A stretch of 64,000 nt of DNA from Octopus sinensis (GCF_006345805.1 NC_043002.1:80600001-80664000); one strand, 5' to 3'. Positions 29,500 to 44,219 are shown, counted from the stretch's first letter. Numbers and translations are program-made. The notes: generated from the letters alone by a model not told the origin.

Positions 29500-30170
29500 A
29501 TGCATATCTATATAAATGCAGACAATGGATACCTCCATATTTTGTTTCGCTATGCCTCACGACTCTAATTCTACACTGTTTCTCTCAAACGCTTCAAAGC
29601 ATCCAAGAAAAAGTATTTATTGTTCGTCTGAACACACGGAAAAACTCATAATGTACAACGGCCTTTCGAACAAAACAGATGATCGACACTAGTTTCATAT
29701 TTGAATTAATCTCACAGTTTATCCTTCATATATTGTTTGTCTGTTTGCTTGAAGACGCGGCGGCGATGCTTATTTTTTCGATGGACACCGATGTATAGAT
29801 ACGGGCGAATTACGTGGCTACCGGATGCATCCCGAATTTTAGTTTTAATATCAATGCTACGAATATAGAAAAGTCTATTTCTTCCCGAGCTTCAACGATA
29901 ATATGTCGAATAATTTTACAACACATTACTCCTATTTCATTAGTTTGTCAATAACTCTACCAGATCCCCAGATTACACTTGGATTACACGTACAAGGAAT
30001 GGAACTTTGATTCACGTCATTGTCAATCGAAATTCTCAACCACATAACAAAGCCTTTGCCATTTTTTTTTCCACCACATCAATTCGTAGTACTCTAAAGA
30101 CATATGTCAAAATATCAATATATAGGTAATATTCCGCTCTCATAAGCATACGAGCATTCCTTGCTGAATA
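29500..30170 (-). pseudogene. Decayed cadherin-repeat exon relic
   Basis: Minus strand: TYVFRVLRID(G)G, RISIDNDVNQ, EAREEIDFSIFV.D, N(K)H..VFKQTDKQY, NSKYETSV; stops and frameshifts. Confidence 0.45.
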
Positions 30171-30303
30171 TAATAACCAAAGAAGCACTAATTAACTGTT
30201 CTGTTGGTTAGTTACTTTTACTGAAATAGAAAACTTTTCTAAGAGCAATGAATTTCGTTTTTGCTTTTTCTTCTTACGTCTAAACATTATAGTATTTATT
30301 ATA

Positions 30304-30536
30304 CAGGGTGTTCAAAAATTCTCTCCGCAGTGATTTTTTCCATTTTGCGCATCACCATGGCGCTACTTCAAGAGTTTTCGGTGAATGGATTAATTCGGAG
30401 GGACTTTGGTAACCAAGATCACCTGATTTAAAACAGCCAGACATTTTTTTCTAGGAAGCAAGTAAAGGATCAGTGTACAAGAATCGCCCGAAAAACCATC
30501 AAATACTTCCTGCGGAGAGACGTTTTGAACACCCTA
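30304..30536 (+). mobile_element. Tc1-derived MITE
   Basis: TIRs CAGGGTGTTCAAAA..TCTCTCCGCAG / CTGCGGAGAGA..TTTTGAACACCCT, TA flanks; internal W*PRSPDL..DIFF remnant. Confidence 0.85.
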
Positions 30537-30639
30537 TACTATTCTGAGCTAATTCATGTGAAGAGATCTTTTGCACATATAGTGCTCACACATCAGAATG
30601 TAGATGTAATACTTTAATTCGATTCACTTTTTTCATTTT

Positions 30640-30849
30640 TGCTTTTACATGTTTTTACCATTAGACTGCGGCGAAGCTGGGGAACGGCCTTGAAGAATGT
30701 CACTACGTTCTGAGTTCAAATTCCGCCGAGGTCGACATTGCCTTTCATCTTTTCAGGGCCGATAAATCAAGTACCAGTTGAGTACTGTGGTCAATGTAAT
30801 CGACTACCTCACCAGCTAAATTTCAGGCCTTCTGCCTAAAGGAGGAAAG

Positions 30850-30897
<48 letters not shown>

Positions 30898-31272
30898 TAT
30901 TATTATTATTATCATTATTATTATTATATCATCATCATCATTATTATTATTATTTTATATGTCTGGTACTTATTTTATTAGTTTCTCTAGCAGGACCGCT
31001 ATGTTACATGGACGTAAACACACGAACGCCTGTTGGCAAGCGCCTGTGGGGGGAACGAGCGGAAACACAAAGACACACACTGAGATATATGTGTATGTGT
31101 GTGCGCGTGTGTGTGTATACACATGTACGACAGGCTTCATTCAGTTTCTTACTGCCAAATTCACTCGCAAGGCTTTGGTCGGGCTGGGGCTATAATAGAA
31201 GACACTTACCCAAAGATGCCATGGAGTGGGACTGAACCGGGAACCATGTGGTTGAAAAGCAAACTTCTTACC
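30640..31272 (-). mobile_element. SINE family B interrupted by SINE family A (30702-30850, +) and (TTA)n
   Basis: Family B tail at 30640-30695 resumes at ~30960; family A core in between. Confidence 0.7.
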
Positions 31273-31651
31273 AGTAGTTTCTGAAGCTTTGAGAGAGTCA
31301 CTAGGCTAGTAACAGAATTATAACTCTGTAAGCTAACACACAGACACACACTTACACGCACATACACACTATATACATGTGTGTGTGCGTGTGTGAGTGT
31401 GTGTGTGTGTGTGTGGTGTGTGTGTGTGTGTGTGTGAGTGTGCGTATTCCACGTGCGTAGGAATTAAATCGCTTAAACACATACCTGTGTGTTTAGTGCT
31501 GACCAGTCATATATAAATAATCTACTTAGCTACATGCGCACACACTTGTGTAAATACATACATACACCCACATACACACATGCATACACACCCACATACA
31601 TATAGATGTGTGTCCGTGTGTGTGTGTGTCTGTGTGTGTGTGTGTCTGTGT

Positions 31652-31683
<32 letters not shown>

Positions 31684-32134
31684 TTATGCTTGTATGTATG
31701 TATGTATGTTCATTGGCAAAACTGCATAGAATATCTTGTCTGTATTGTTAAGTCCACCATTGTTATCACAGCAAACCGAAGCTAACATCATGTGCCGATG
31801 CACAACAAAAGCATTGAAACAAATTTTAAATCATTCAACATCAAATACGCGACATCATAAAAGCCTTTTTGCGGCAAACTTCGATGACCTCGGCTGCAGA
31901 AAGGACAGAATTAAGTGGTTTTAAGTTCTTTTCTGACCGTCAAAAACTCTGTGTGTATAACAAGCAAAGACTACTACATTCAAGTTAGTTAATATTGCTT
32001 CATAGTAGACGATATCGAATACAGTGAAAGTGTATATATCGATAGTGTGTATAGTGTATATATTATCTTACCACCTCTGCATACTACCTTATCTCACGAA
32101 GTGCTTAATCATGCATGTATGGATATGTGTATGG

Positions 32135-32228
<94 letters not shown>

Positions 32229-32559
32229 GCATGTATGTATGCATGCGTGTGTGTATTATGCATGTATTTGTGCATAAATATATATGTACGCAAATATGCA
32301 TGCATATATATGTGTGTGTGTTTGTGTGTATGTGTTTGTGTGTGTGTGTGCGTGTGTATGATAGTATATATTCAAGTATATTTCTATGTTTTCAGACATG
32401 TATGTTTCAAATTCGTACATACATATATACACCAAAACGCAGACACAGTCATATACACGCGCACATATACACATATATATATGCGTACATATATAGTAAT
32501 GAATGTATGCAGATATACATAAATACATGGAGATATGCACGCATACACTCACTCATAGC

Positions 32560-33427
32560 CCGTGCACTCCAGACTTCTTGATACTATTTTGAGAAGTGGT
32601 AGTTATAAATGTGCTTAAATTATTGTAATTTTCGTATATCTTTACCATACATCTTATACGCTAACCTACCAACTTGTGTTATTCCAGATTGGGACGGCTG
32701 TAACAACCCTTTTAGCACAGCCTTCTAAACACTGCATATCACAACTGGCTTGTTTACAGAATGCAGTCGGGGCATGAAGAAAATTTGGAATAGATTTTTG
32801 TATTAGTCTAGACAAAAATGTTACAGAAACATATGGAATGTTCCAGGATGCTAATGCACTAAAACAGTGACCCGAGAATCTGTTTTCATCTGGCACGATA
32901 GGATCCTGTTAGGCAGGATGGGCTCGTGATGATCGTCTCTTACGAGAGTAGTGGCATCATCTACATCCACTGGATTCCTTCTGGTCAGACGGTCAACAAA
33001 GAGTGCTTCCTGAGGTTTTGAAGGAGTACAGGAAGAAATTCTGTCGCAAACAACCAGAGCTATGGTCGGTGGCACCGGCAACTGAACAATGCTTGGTCCA
33101 CAATTCCATCTTGATAACTAACTAATGGAAAGAGACAGGCACAAAAAAGTGATTCTTCACATTCTTTAAAGTCCAGATTTTGCTCCCTCTGGTTTTTCGT
33201 TGTATCCTGAACTGACAGAGAAGATCAAGGAAGCTGTGGACAAGGCTCCTGAACACCTTCACATTAGGGAGTTGCTGCGCAGTCTTCACGAAGTGGCTGG
33301 AGCGCTACAAAGCATGCACTGAGGTCAGGGAAGGCCTACTTTGAAGGAAATTGGAGTTATGTGCTTCTTTTGAATTTATAAATGTCTCTTCTGGTAAAGT
33401 CTTAAAACTTCTGGAATGCACCTTGTA
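32560..33427 (+). mobile_element. Decayed mariner transposon
   Basis: TIR remnants GTGCACTCCAGA / TCTGGAATGCAC; FCISLDK..TETYGM, GII.IHWIPSGQTVNKE, SPDFAPS.F motifs. Confidence 0.8.
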
Positions 33428-33464
33428 CATAGTTACATAATACATACATACATACATACATACA

Positions 33465-33498
<34 letters not shown>

Positions 33499-33634
33499 CA
33501 TATATACAAAAAATTACCCTGTTGTTGATGTTGAAGTTTCAATGAAGGATCCTTGGGTCAAGGTTAGAACCGGTTCTTTCTCAATTCACAAAGAATCTTG
33601 AAATAAACTAAATAATGACGTATGTACGTATATA

Positions 33635-33849
33635 TACTCTTTTACTTGTTTCAGTCATTTGACTGCAGCCATGCTGGAGCACCACCTTTAATCGAGCAAC
33701 TCGACTCCGGGACTTATTCTTTTGTAAGCCCAGTACTTATTCTATCGGCCTCTTTTGCCGAACCGCAAAGTAACGGGAACAAAAACACACCAGCATCGGT
33801 TGTCAAGCAATGCTAAGGGGACAAACACAGACACACAAACACACACACG

Positions 33850-33898
<49 letters not shown>

Positions 33899-34092
33899 AT
33901 TATATATATATATATATATATTATATATACGACGGGCTTCACTCGGTTTCCGTCTACCAAATCCACTCACAAGCTTTTGGTCGCCCGAGGCTATAGCAGG
34001 AGACATTTTCCAAAGGTGCTACGCAGTGGAACTGAACCCAGAACCATGTTGTTGGGAAGCAAGCTTCTTACCACACAGTCACGCCTGTGCCT
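33635..34092 (-). mobile_element. Complete SINE family B with internal (CA)/(TA) microsatellite
   Basis: Tail, central microsatellite and tRNA-like head all present. Confidence 0.9.
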
Positions 34093-34161
34093 ATATATGC
34101 GTGAATGTGTGTGTGTGTGTGTATGTATGCATGTATGTATACATATATATATATATGTATG

Positions 34162-35387
<1,226 letters not shown>

Positions 35388-35419
35388 ACTAAATATAGGA
35401 GTATATGTACTTCCTCACT

Positions 35420-36330
35420 GAGATAAGTACTTCTTTCGCAATAGCAAATAGATTTTCTATTATACATAAATATATTTTCTTGAGAAATTAATGTTCTGCT
35501 ATATAGTTAAATCCATTTTCTAATTTGCTGAAATGTATTTTCTGCGGTAGACAACTACATTTTTTTTATCATGGAGTATAAAAAAAATGCATTTCTTTTT
35601 ATAGATGAATATATTTTCTAGAATAGATATATGTATATTTTTGCAATAGATAAATGTGTAGGTACAGATTTTTTGCAACATATATGTATTTATACTCATG
35701 TACAGATAAACATATTTTCTTATATAGATGCATAAATATTGTCATCTGGATAAATACACTTCATGCTTTAGACAAATTCCTCTTCCATTGCACATACACG
35801 TGTTTTCATAAATGGAAAAATAACTTTTCTGCTATAGACAGATGCATTTTATCATATATGCAAATTCTTTTTCTAATCTATATGAAAATATTTTCGATTA
35901 TAGATGAGTATATTTTCTAGTATATATAACTACATTTTCTGGTATAAATTTTCTAGATTAAATACATTTTCTGTTTTAAATAAATGCATTTTCTCGATGT
36001 AAATAAATGGATTTTCTGGTATACATAAGCGCATTTTTTAGTATAATTATATTTTCAAGAATAGATAAATATTTTACCTTGTATAGATAAATACACAAAC
36101 TATTTTTTAGAGAAAACATTTTCTCCTATAAGTAAAAGCATTTTTCTTGTATGGATGAATATATTTTCTGCTATAAGTACATATATTTTCTAGTATAAAT
36201 AAATATATTTTGTAGTTTGTAGAAAAACAAGTCCTAGTGGAGATAAAGCATGTTCTTTTATAAAAGATGATATTCTCCGGGACAAATAGTAGTAGAGGTA
36301 AAGACATTGAAATTTATTTCTCCACTCACT
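35420..36330. repeat. Degenerate ~21-bp minisatellite
   Basis: Recurring unit like TATAGATAAATAYATTTTCTR over ~900 bp. Confidence 0.8.
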
Positions 36331-37142
36331 ATTTGTGTGTAATCTGAGCATGATTGTACCCCATGTAAAGTGTTTTGTAGATAGAAAGAAGCTGAAAGCA
36401 GACAGAAGGAGACAGGCAAATTGGTCCAAATATCGGCTTTTCAAAGGTACCCACGATCCATTTAATCGCGTTAGAGAAGGTGGTGTGGGTTTATCCTATA
36501 AGAACAGCTTTGAAAATGTAATGAGTGTCTTCAAGGTTTCGTTTTAGCGATTTTTATTCACAAGTTTCTGACCGATCCAAGTGGTTACAAAATCTGAAGA
36601 GAGCTCAACAGCAGGCCTTCAGAGAAGGGACCCCGCTTAGACCAATGCTCCGCAGTTAACTTATACTCTTAGCTGGTAGGGTCGCATCCCAGTCATGACT
36701 CCTGGGTGCCCTTCTCCTGACATTTTCTAGCCACTTGGATATCAGAAACACGTACATTTAAATTGCATGGACATTTGATCTAGCTGGAACTCCTTTCCGC
36801 TGCCTCTGCTTTCAAAATTATATTTAAATAAGAAATAACATTAGGAATCATAGCATCAGTGAATATCAACAGTGTCGACGCTAGCAGCATGACTGATAGA
36901 GAGTTACTTCCCTTAGAGTTAAAATACTAACAGATTGCCCTCAAACTGTGTGCAGGTTGCTTTTGTTCCCCCTCGACCAGATCCAGCCGAAGGACCTGTT
37001 GGAAATCATTTCCAAGTTTAGACTGATCGAATGCTATAAGAGAAGTTATTCATGTGTCGTGGTACGTTGTGGTACTAAACTTGAACGCATTAGATTGCAT
37101 TGTAAATTTATTAACAGCAGATCAATTGCTTTGTTTAAGCCA

Positions 37143-37505
37143 CTCACATGATGGCAAGAATGTAAATGAAAAAAAAATCCTTTATTTTTCTTCTAGTTTT
37201 ATAACCAAATTCATTTAGCCTAAAATATTCCTTAAACTATTCAATGTCCAACATACATCGTTAATCTCAGTTTTAGAGTTTACTCAGTTTCACATCATTA
37301 TACAGAAACAAAGTTTACCAATTGTGTTTTTGGTTTAGTCACCCAATGATGGCACGAATGTGACCGAAAATATATTTTCTGTTTTTTTTTTCTAGTTTTA
37401 TGACCAAATCCATTTAACCTAAAAAACATTCATATGTCCAACATATATCGTTAATTTCGTCTTTATAGATTATAGAGTTTCACATCATTATACAGAAACA
37501 GAGTT
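37143..37505. repeat. Old tandem duplication, ~190-bp unit x2
   Basis: ATGATGGCA.GAATGT...TTCACATCATTATACAGAAACA occurs at ~37148-37310 and ~37346-37500. Confidence 0.8.
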
Positions 37506-37589
37506 CAGCAGAATATGCATGTTACACATTGTCAAAAAATGGAAGAACACACATTCAATAATATATGCTAATTTACTCTTTTATCCTTT

Positions 37590-37815
37590 CAATCTTTTAC
37601 TTGTTTCAGTCATGAGAATTGCAAATATACCGGAGCACCACCTTAAGAGACTTCAGACAAATCGAGCCCAGGATTCATTCTTTATAAGCCTAGTGCTTAT
37701 TCTATTTTATCGGTCTCTTTTGCCGAACTGCTAGGTTACGTGGATGTAAACACACCAAAATTGGTTGTCAAACGATGGTTTCGAGGGGACAAAGACACAG
37801 ACACAGACACAGACA
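37590..37815 (-). mobile_element. SINE family B, 3' half
   Basis: TCTTTTACTTGTTTCAGTCA tail and following block. Confidence 0.75.
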
Positions 37816-37828
37816 CACACATATAAAG

Positions 37829-37867
<39 letters not shown>

Positions 37868-37905
37868 TTATATATATATATATTATATATATATATATAT
37901 ATTAT

Positions 37906-37964
<59 letters not shown>

Positions 37965-38056
37965 GTATATATATGTATGTATGTATATGTATGTATGTGT
38001 ATGTATGTATGTATGTTGTATGTATGTATGTATGTTTGTATGTATGTATGTATGTC

Positions 38057-38460
38057 AATAATAATAAAGATGAGAAACCTCGTTCGTATGTTTTGAATTC
38101 GTTGGTACTGGTCATTGGATATAGTTTGTCTGATACTACTTGAATTGGATAGGTATCTTCAATTTTTTCAGTGATCTCAAATTTAAAATCTTGGAATCCT
38201 GTGCTGAAGAGGAAAATGATTGGATGAAGTGTGACTTTTACATTCTTCATACCGATCTATTTCCGAAACGCGTCCACAGGTAATCAAATACCGAGTGAAT
38301 TTCGTTGTTTTTCCTCTCTGTCTACATGGGTTGTTTTGAGTATTTGTTGTCTGTGAGTTTCTTCTTATAGTAGAAGAAATAGCTAAGGTTCTTTGGCTGC
38401 TATTTCTAAAGTTCGGTATGTGGTGAAGCAAATTTTTGCTGAACCCTAATTATAATTATA
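38057..38460 (+). mobile_element. PLE-type terminal repeat carrying an intact HHR
   Basis: Contains the HHR at 38198-38280; the 3' part (TTGGCTGCTATTTCTA..GTTC.GTATGTGG) is shared with the 34280-35347 element. Confidence 0.7.
38198..38280 (+). ncRNA. Canonical type I hammerhead ribozyme
   Basis: Stem I CCUGUG/CACAGG; core CUGAAGA (38204-38210); long stem II GGAAA-GAUUGG-AUGAAG / CUUCAU-CCGAUC-UUUCC; GAAA (38265-38268); palindromic ACGCGU; GUC cleavage triplet ending at 38274. Confidence 0.9.
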
Positions 38461-38495
38461 TTCATAATTATAAAATATATGCACGTATATATATA

Positions 38496-38555
<60 letters not shown>

Positions 38556-38559
38556 AATC

Positions 38560-38648
38560 GTCAAAAGTAAAATGTAAAGCTTTGTAAAAGCTTTGTTGTG
38601 TTAAGTACTGGTTAAAGCTTTTACAAATCTTTACATTTTACTTTTGAC
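38560..38648. repeat. Hairpin/palindrome, 35-bp arms, 19-nt loop
   Basis: 38560-38594 is the reverse complement of 38614-38648 with one mismatch. Confidence 0.9.
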
Positions 38649-39645
38649 AAGGTTAAATTGGTCAAGTGAATAAGCATCTTTAAAATTGTATTTTCAAACC
38701 TTCTTTCATATATATTTACGATCAGCTCCTCAGTTTCCGTCTATTACTAAAAAAGAGGAAAAACATTTTGATGAGAACGAGTTTGGTCATAATTTGCCTC
38801 CATTGGAACTAGTTGATGCAAACTTCTGTAAGAGTTGTACAAGTGTTTACGATTGCTTTCTGTGTAAGTATGAATCTGTATATGTATGTATATATTCGCA
38901 TAGCGATGAGCACATATGCAGGTTTTTAAAGCTGGGCTAAGGACAAGCAGATCCCTTCCGGGATTAATGAACAACTGCGAGAAACATTACTGTTTTAAAG
39001 AAGAGTATTAACTTACTCGGAAAAATTTCTTTCTTCTGTCTCTGTATATGTCTTTCCAGATATTTCTCTCTCTCTCTCTCTTTCTCTCCTCCTCTTCCCC
39101 CCTCTTCTGTATGCGGGTAACGATATATGAATAGATTTCATACACATGACCTTTGTACACACGAAACCACACACATATATAGCTGTGTTCATGTATGCAT
39201 TCATCTATGGATCTATCTATCCACCTATCCATCTAATATATATGTATGTATGTGTGTATGTATGTATGTATGTATGTATATATGTGTGTATGTATGCATG
39301 TGTGTGTGTATGTATGTATGTATGTATGTATGTTTGTATGCATGTATGCGTGTTTGTATGCGTGGCATGCAAGCATACACACTTGCGCACACACAAAACT
39401 CAAATGCGTAAAACTCATGTATCATTAAATTGATTTATCGATAAACAAAGCAGATTTCTTTGAAATAGGCCGCCATGTGTAGGAAAGAATGTTTATCTGG
39501 TTTACGTAATCCTTCAAAATGGGAAAAAAGTCATCCTGATCGCTCACACACACACACATATATATATATGTATATATGATCATATATGTATACATCTATC
39601 CATTCATCCATTCATTCATGCATCATGCATCATGCATCATGCATG

Positions 39646-39692
<47 letters not shown>

Positions 39693-39885
39693 TTGTGTAT
39701 GTATGTATGTATATATGTATGTATATATATAATATATATATATATGTAATTAACGCTGAATAATAAGCCGGCATCAAAAGATAAAGAGTTTCAATTTTCT
39801 TTAAAATCTTGAACGTGTAGTAACTAGTATAGCTAGGAGGGGGGAAATGTATGCACGCATATTTGTTAATATGCATGAATTGAAG

Positions 39886-39933
<48 letters not shown>

Positions 39934-39934
39934 T

Positions 39935-39974
<40 letters not shown>

Positions 39975-40299
39975 CACACACGCGCACGAACACACACACG
40001 CACGAACACACACACGCACACACACGCACAATTATATAACAAAAGAGAGAAAGAGAAACGGAATACACAATATACTTTATTGATCGCAACGATCATTTCA
40101 AGCCGTCTTGTATTGGTCTCTCACAGATGAGATGGTGGACAATTGCTTGTGGGACATGCTTCATTGCGGATGCATTTTGTTAGGTAAATTTTCAAAAGGC
40201 CCCTCGTTCAATAAATACGGTTTCGTTTAGTTTGATTATAATGCATTTCGTTATCTGACTGTAGCTTGATTCATACAATGTTTTGTGGTTTTATATACA

Positions 40300-40537
40300 C
40301 CGTAATACCTCGACTATCGCGGGTGTAATTTTCCAAAAAGCACCGTGATAGGTGAAAATCCAGAAAGTATAAAAAGTACTGTACTGCATGTTATTTTATT
40401 ATTATTTTAACAATATCTATATATTTATTTTATTACACATGCAAAACAACACTTCAGAGGAATCGACGTAAGCTTAAATAATAAACCGCAGTAGGTGAAC
40501 CGCGATAGGTGAACCACGATATGACGAGGGATTGCTA
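40300..40537. mobile_element. pogo/Tigger-like MITE
   Basis: Degenerate TIRs CCGTAATACCTCG / CGAGGGATTGCTA with subterminal CGCGATAGGTGAA repeats. Confidence 0.65.
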
Positions 40538-40654
40538 TATCTATATCTATCTATTTATCCCTCACACTCTCTCTATCTCTCTGTCTCTCTGTCTGCCTGT
40601 CACTCTCTCTCTCTCTCTCACACATGTATGTATTTATATTCTTTTATTCTTCTT

Positions 40655-41080
40655 TTATTTTTCACTTATTTCAGTTATTTGTTTGCGGCCATGCTGGAGC
40701 ACCGCCTTGAAGGGTTTCTTTTTTAGTCAAACAAATTGACCACATGACCTACTTCTTAAACCTAGTACTTTTTCTATCGGTCTCTATTGGCAAACTACAA
40801 AGTTACGGGTCGTAAACACACCAGCATGGAACAAGCGGTGATGGAGGGACAGACTCAAAGACGCGCACACATAGATACATACATACATACACACAGACAC
40901 AAACACACATATATATATATATATATACGACGGGCTTCTTTCAGTTTCAATCTACCAAATCTGCTCACAACGCTTTGGTCTGCTCGAGTCTATAGTAGAA
41001 GACACTTGTTCAAGTTGATATGCAGTGGGTCTCAAAGCAGTACCATGTGGTTTGGAAGCAAGCTTTTACCACACAGCCAA
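40655..41080 (-). mobile_element. SINE family B
   Basis: Tail, microsatellite and head present. Confidence 0.85.
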
Positions 41081-41225
41081 AGAACACGTTTTAACAAATA
41101 ATTTAATAATTCAGCGCTTTAACGGAAAGGAAACTTCTCATAATATTTCGGACTTTAATTTCTCATCAGGAGAAAGAATTAGAGAAGCTTTCTTACCTTT
41201 TTCCAACTACAGTTATACACATACT

Positions 41226-41653
41226 TTTTCCCTCTAGGCACAAGGCCAACAATTTTGGTGGGGAGGGGCCCAGTCGATTAGATCGACCCCAGTACGAACT
41301 GGTAATTAATTTATTGACCCCAAAAGGATGAAAGGCAAACTCGACTTCGGCGGAATTTCAACTCATAACGTAATGACAGACGAAATACTGCTAAGAATTT
41401 CGCCCAGCGTGCTAACGTTTCGTATTTCTTTACTGCCCACAAGGGGCTACACACAGAGGGGACAAACAAGGTCAGACAAACGGATTAAGTCGATTATATC
41501 GACTCCAATGCGTAACTACTACTTATTTAATCGACCCTGAAAGGATGAAAGGTAAAACAACCTCGGCGGAATTTGAACTCAGAACGCAGCGGCAGACGAA
41601 AGACCGCTAAGCATTTCGCCCGGTGTGCTAACGCTTCTGCCAACTCACCGCCT
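41226..41653 (-). mobile_element. SINE family A dimer with 18-bp TSD
   Basis: TACAGTTATACACATACT at 41208-41225 and 41654-41671 encloses both units. Confidence 0.9.
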
Positions 41654-41919
41654 TACAGTTATACACATACTACCGAGATCTTGCACAAGTTCACACACAC
41701 ACATTAATTTAGGCCTGTGTATATGATTTTACATACATACATACAAACAATATACAACAACTTCATAAGTGATTCACTACATACTACAGCTAAAATTCTG
41801 TTGATAGTGACATCGATGACCGGCAGTGCTTCTTACAGTATGTCACAGATTGTGTAAAGCTCCGCCTTCCAACGTTTCATATCATCTTCAAAAGTATTAT
41901 AATATCTATCTACATATCA

Positions 41920-42112
41920 CAGGAGTGACTGTGTGGTAAGAAGCTTGCTTACCAACCACATGGTGTTTACGTCCCAGTATCCTAGCAGTTCGGCAAAAGA
42001 GACCGATAGAATAAGTACTAGGCTCACAAAGAATAAGTCCAAGGGTCGATCTGTTCGACTAAAGGCGGTGCTCCAGCATGGCGGCAGTCAAATGACTGGA
42101 ACAAATAAAAGA
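41920..42112 (+). mobile_element. Internally deleted SINE family B
   Basis: Head joined directly to 3' block at ACATGG|TGTTTACG. Confidence 0.8.
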
Positions 42113-42239
42113 ATATCTACTAACACACCTAACAGAATTGAAAGCATATCATGCAAATCTAAACTATACAAATGAATGCAAATATGAAAGTGAATTTCAT
42201 ATTTCAACTGTCATATATTCATATATAGGTGTGTATATG

Positions 42240-42275
<36 letters not shown>

Positions 42276-42309
42276 AGTGTGTGTGTGTGTGTGCGTATAA
42301 TTATGTATG

Positions 42310-42341
<32 letters not shown>

Positions 42342-42394
42342 ATATACATGTACATATATATATATGCATACATGTATGTAGATATGTATATGCA

Positions 42395-42427
<33 letters not shown>

Positions 42428-42433
<6 letters not shown>

Positions 42434-43960
42434 TTGGTTTAAGTTAAAACATGGTCTAGTTTCACGTTTTTAATTATGGTATTTTATATTAGCGCTTTCA
42501 TACTTAGTGTACTCATCAGAGTTCAAATGTGCTTAATTCGAGGCACAGCTATGGGGACACGATTTGCTCCAGCTTTCGTGAACTCAGTATTAGAATACTT
42601 AGAACAAAACCTATATTAAAGAATTGAAAAGAACTACGTCATAACCTTTAAAAGACATATAGAGGACACATGGAAAAGATGATTGTTTCCTAATGTGGAC
42701 GAAATCCCTAAAAAACTGGAAGAATTCAGCACCCTCCCCGATAATTCACAGGAGAAATAAGCAACGCACAATCACCATTTCTTCACATAATGGTAATTAA
42801 AAACAACACCGCAATCACAACTGACATTTATTACAAAAGCACAGAAACACACCAGTACCTAAATTTCAAACCATGTCACCCAACACACACAAACTGCAAC
42901 GTCCCGTACTGTCTAGCCAGGAAAATTTGCGCTATTTTCGATGATCCAAATTCCAGAAACACGACTTATAGAACTCAAAGTATTTCTGCTGAAGCAAAAT
43001 ACCATACTACGAGCAAGAGAGATACATATAGAACAACTTAGAGCAACACGAAAAAGACGAATCCATCAAAGGAACACGATACCATTTCTAGTAACACACA
43101 ATCCATCGCCAAAACATTTTTAACCTCATCAAAACAAATTTGCCATTCATAAAACAAAGTGAAAAATTAAAAAAACATAATAACTAATCAAACACTTATT
43201 TTAAGTAAAAGGCAATCACATAACCTAAAGAAACTATTAACAAAAGCAAAATTCAACATGAACAAATGGGATAACATATTCACAGTGTCCAAGTGTAATG
43301 ATAACAGATGTGGAATGTGTCAATACAGGCATACGGATAGATCCATTAGAGCCGAAAATGAACAGAATTTCGCAAATGCAGATATGAACTGGAAAAGCAG
43401 AAATTTAATCTACTACATTAAATGTCTGAATTGTGAGGAATTATATATAGGTGAGACAGGGAATGCATTATCGGAACTCTCACAAGTTCGCAGGCAACAA
43501 ATCCGAAACACCCATGTTCGCCAAATTCCATTGAGTGAACATACAGAGACACGTGGTCAGAAAATGTTTCTAAGTTTTCCTTTCCACCAACTACATGACA
43601 TAAGTGAGGTTGGAAGTAAGATAAAAGAAAAATGGCTTATTAAAATGTTCAAACCTGTTCTGAATGGCAATAACAACAATTATATAACAACCAGTTAATA
43701 AATATAAGCAAATGGCAGAATATCGGTAAGCCTGGCCAACCGTGATGTTTAAGAGCATGCGGATTGGTCAAAAAGGTATTCTAAAAATTATGCTGGTTGG
43801 AACGTTCTAAGAGGTACTAAAGTTGTTAAGAACTCAGTAGTCAGTTAAACACATTTGAAATCTGATGAGTACACTATGTATGAAAGAGCTAATTTTGTTA
43901 AGACACCATAATAAAAAAACGTGAAAGCCAGACTATTTTTTAACTTTATTCAACTGATAT
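42428..43960 (+). mobile_element. 5'-truncated Penelope-like element (RT + GIY-YIG) with inverted 5' copy of its 3' terminus
   Basis: GTAMGTRFAPAFVN (42543), TDIYYKSTETHQYLNF..CHP, KCNDNRCGMC, NLIYYIKCLNCEELYIGETG (ORF 43258-43698); 42428-42532 is the reverse complement of 43850-43960; HHR motif in both. Confidence 0.92.
43858..43895 (+). ncRNA. Minimal HHR motif in PLE pLTR (inverted copy ~42487-42524)
   Basis: AAAU CUGAUGA GUAC-ACUAU-GUAU GAAA GAGC UA AUUU; the inverted copy has palindromic AGCGCU stem III. Confidence 0.7.
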
Positions 43961-44219
43961 ACTCTCTCTCTCTCTCTCTCCCTCTCTCTTTGTTTACCAT
44001 ATTTTCCCACCTTTCTCAACTCTCGCGATTTTTTCCTTGTTTTCTAGGAATTCCCTCACTGTACGTTCATTCATCCTGTCTTCTTTTTCTTTCTGAGGAA
44101 GGAGTAACAATCGAAATTCATTTAATTCATCAAAATAATTATTCCCATCATTTATCTTTTATTAGTTGCAGATCAAGAGCTGCGGCCATGCTGGAGCACT
44201 GCTGCTAGCTTTGCTATAC

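Noticed and set aside
35420-36330. CRISPR-like periodic array
   Set aside because: Degenerate tandem units without unique spacers, no cas genes, eukaryotic context.
44092-44122. CUGAGGA...GAAA hammerhead-like word (similar case at 24840-24962)
   Set aside because: Stems I and II do not pair convincingly; at best a dead relic.
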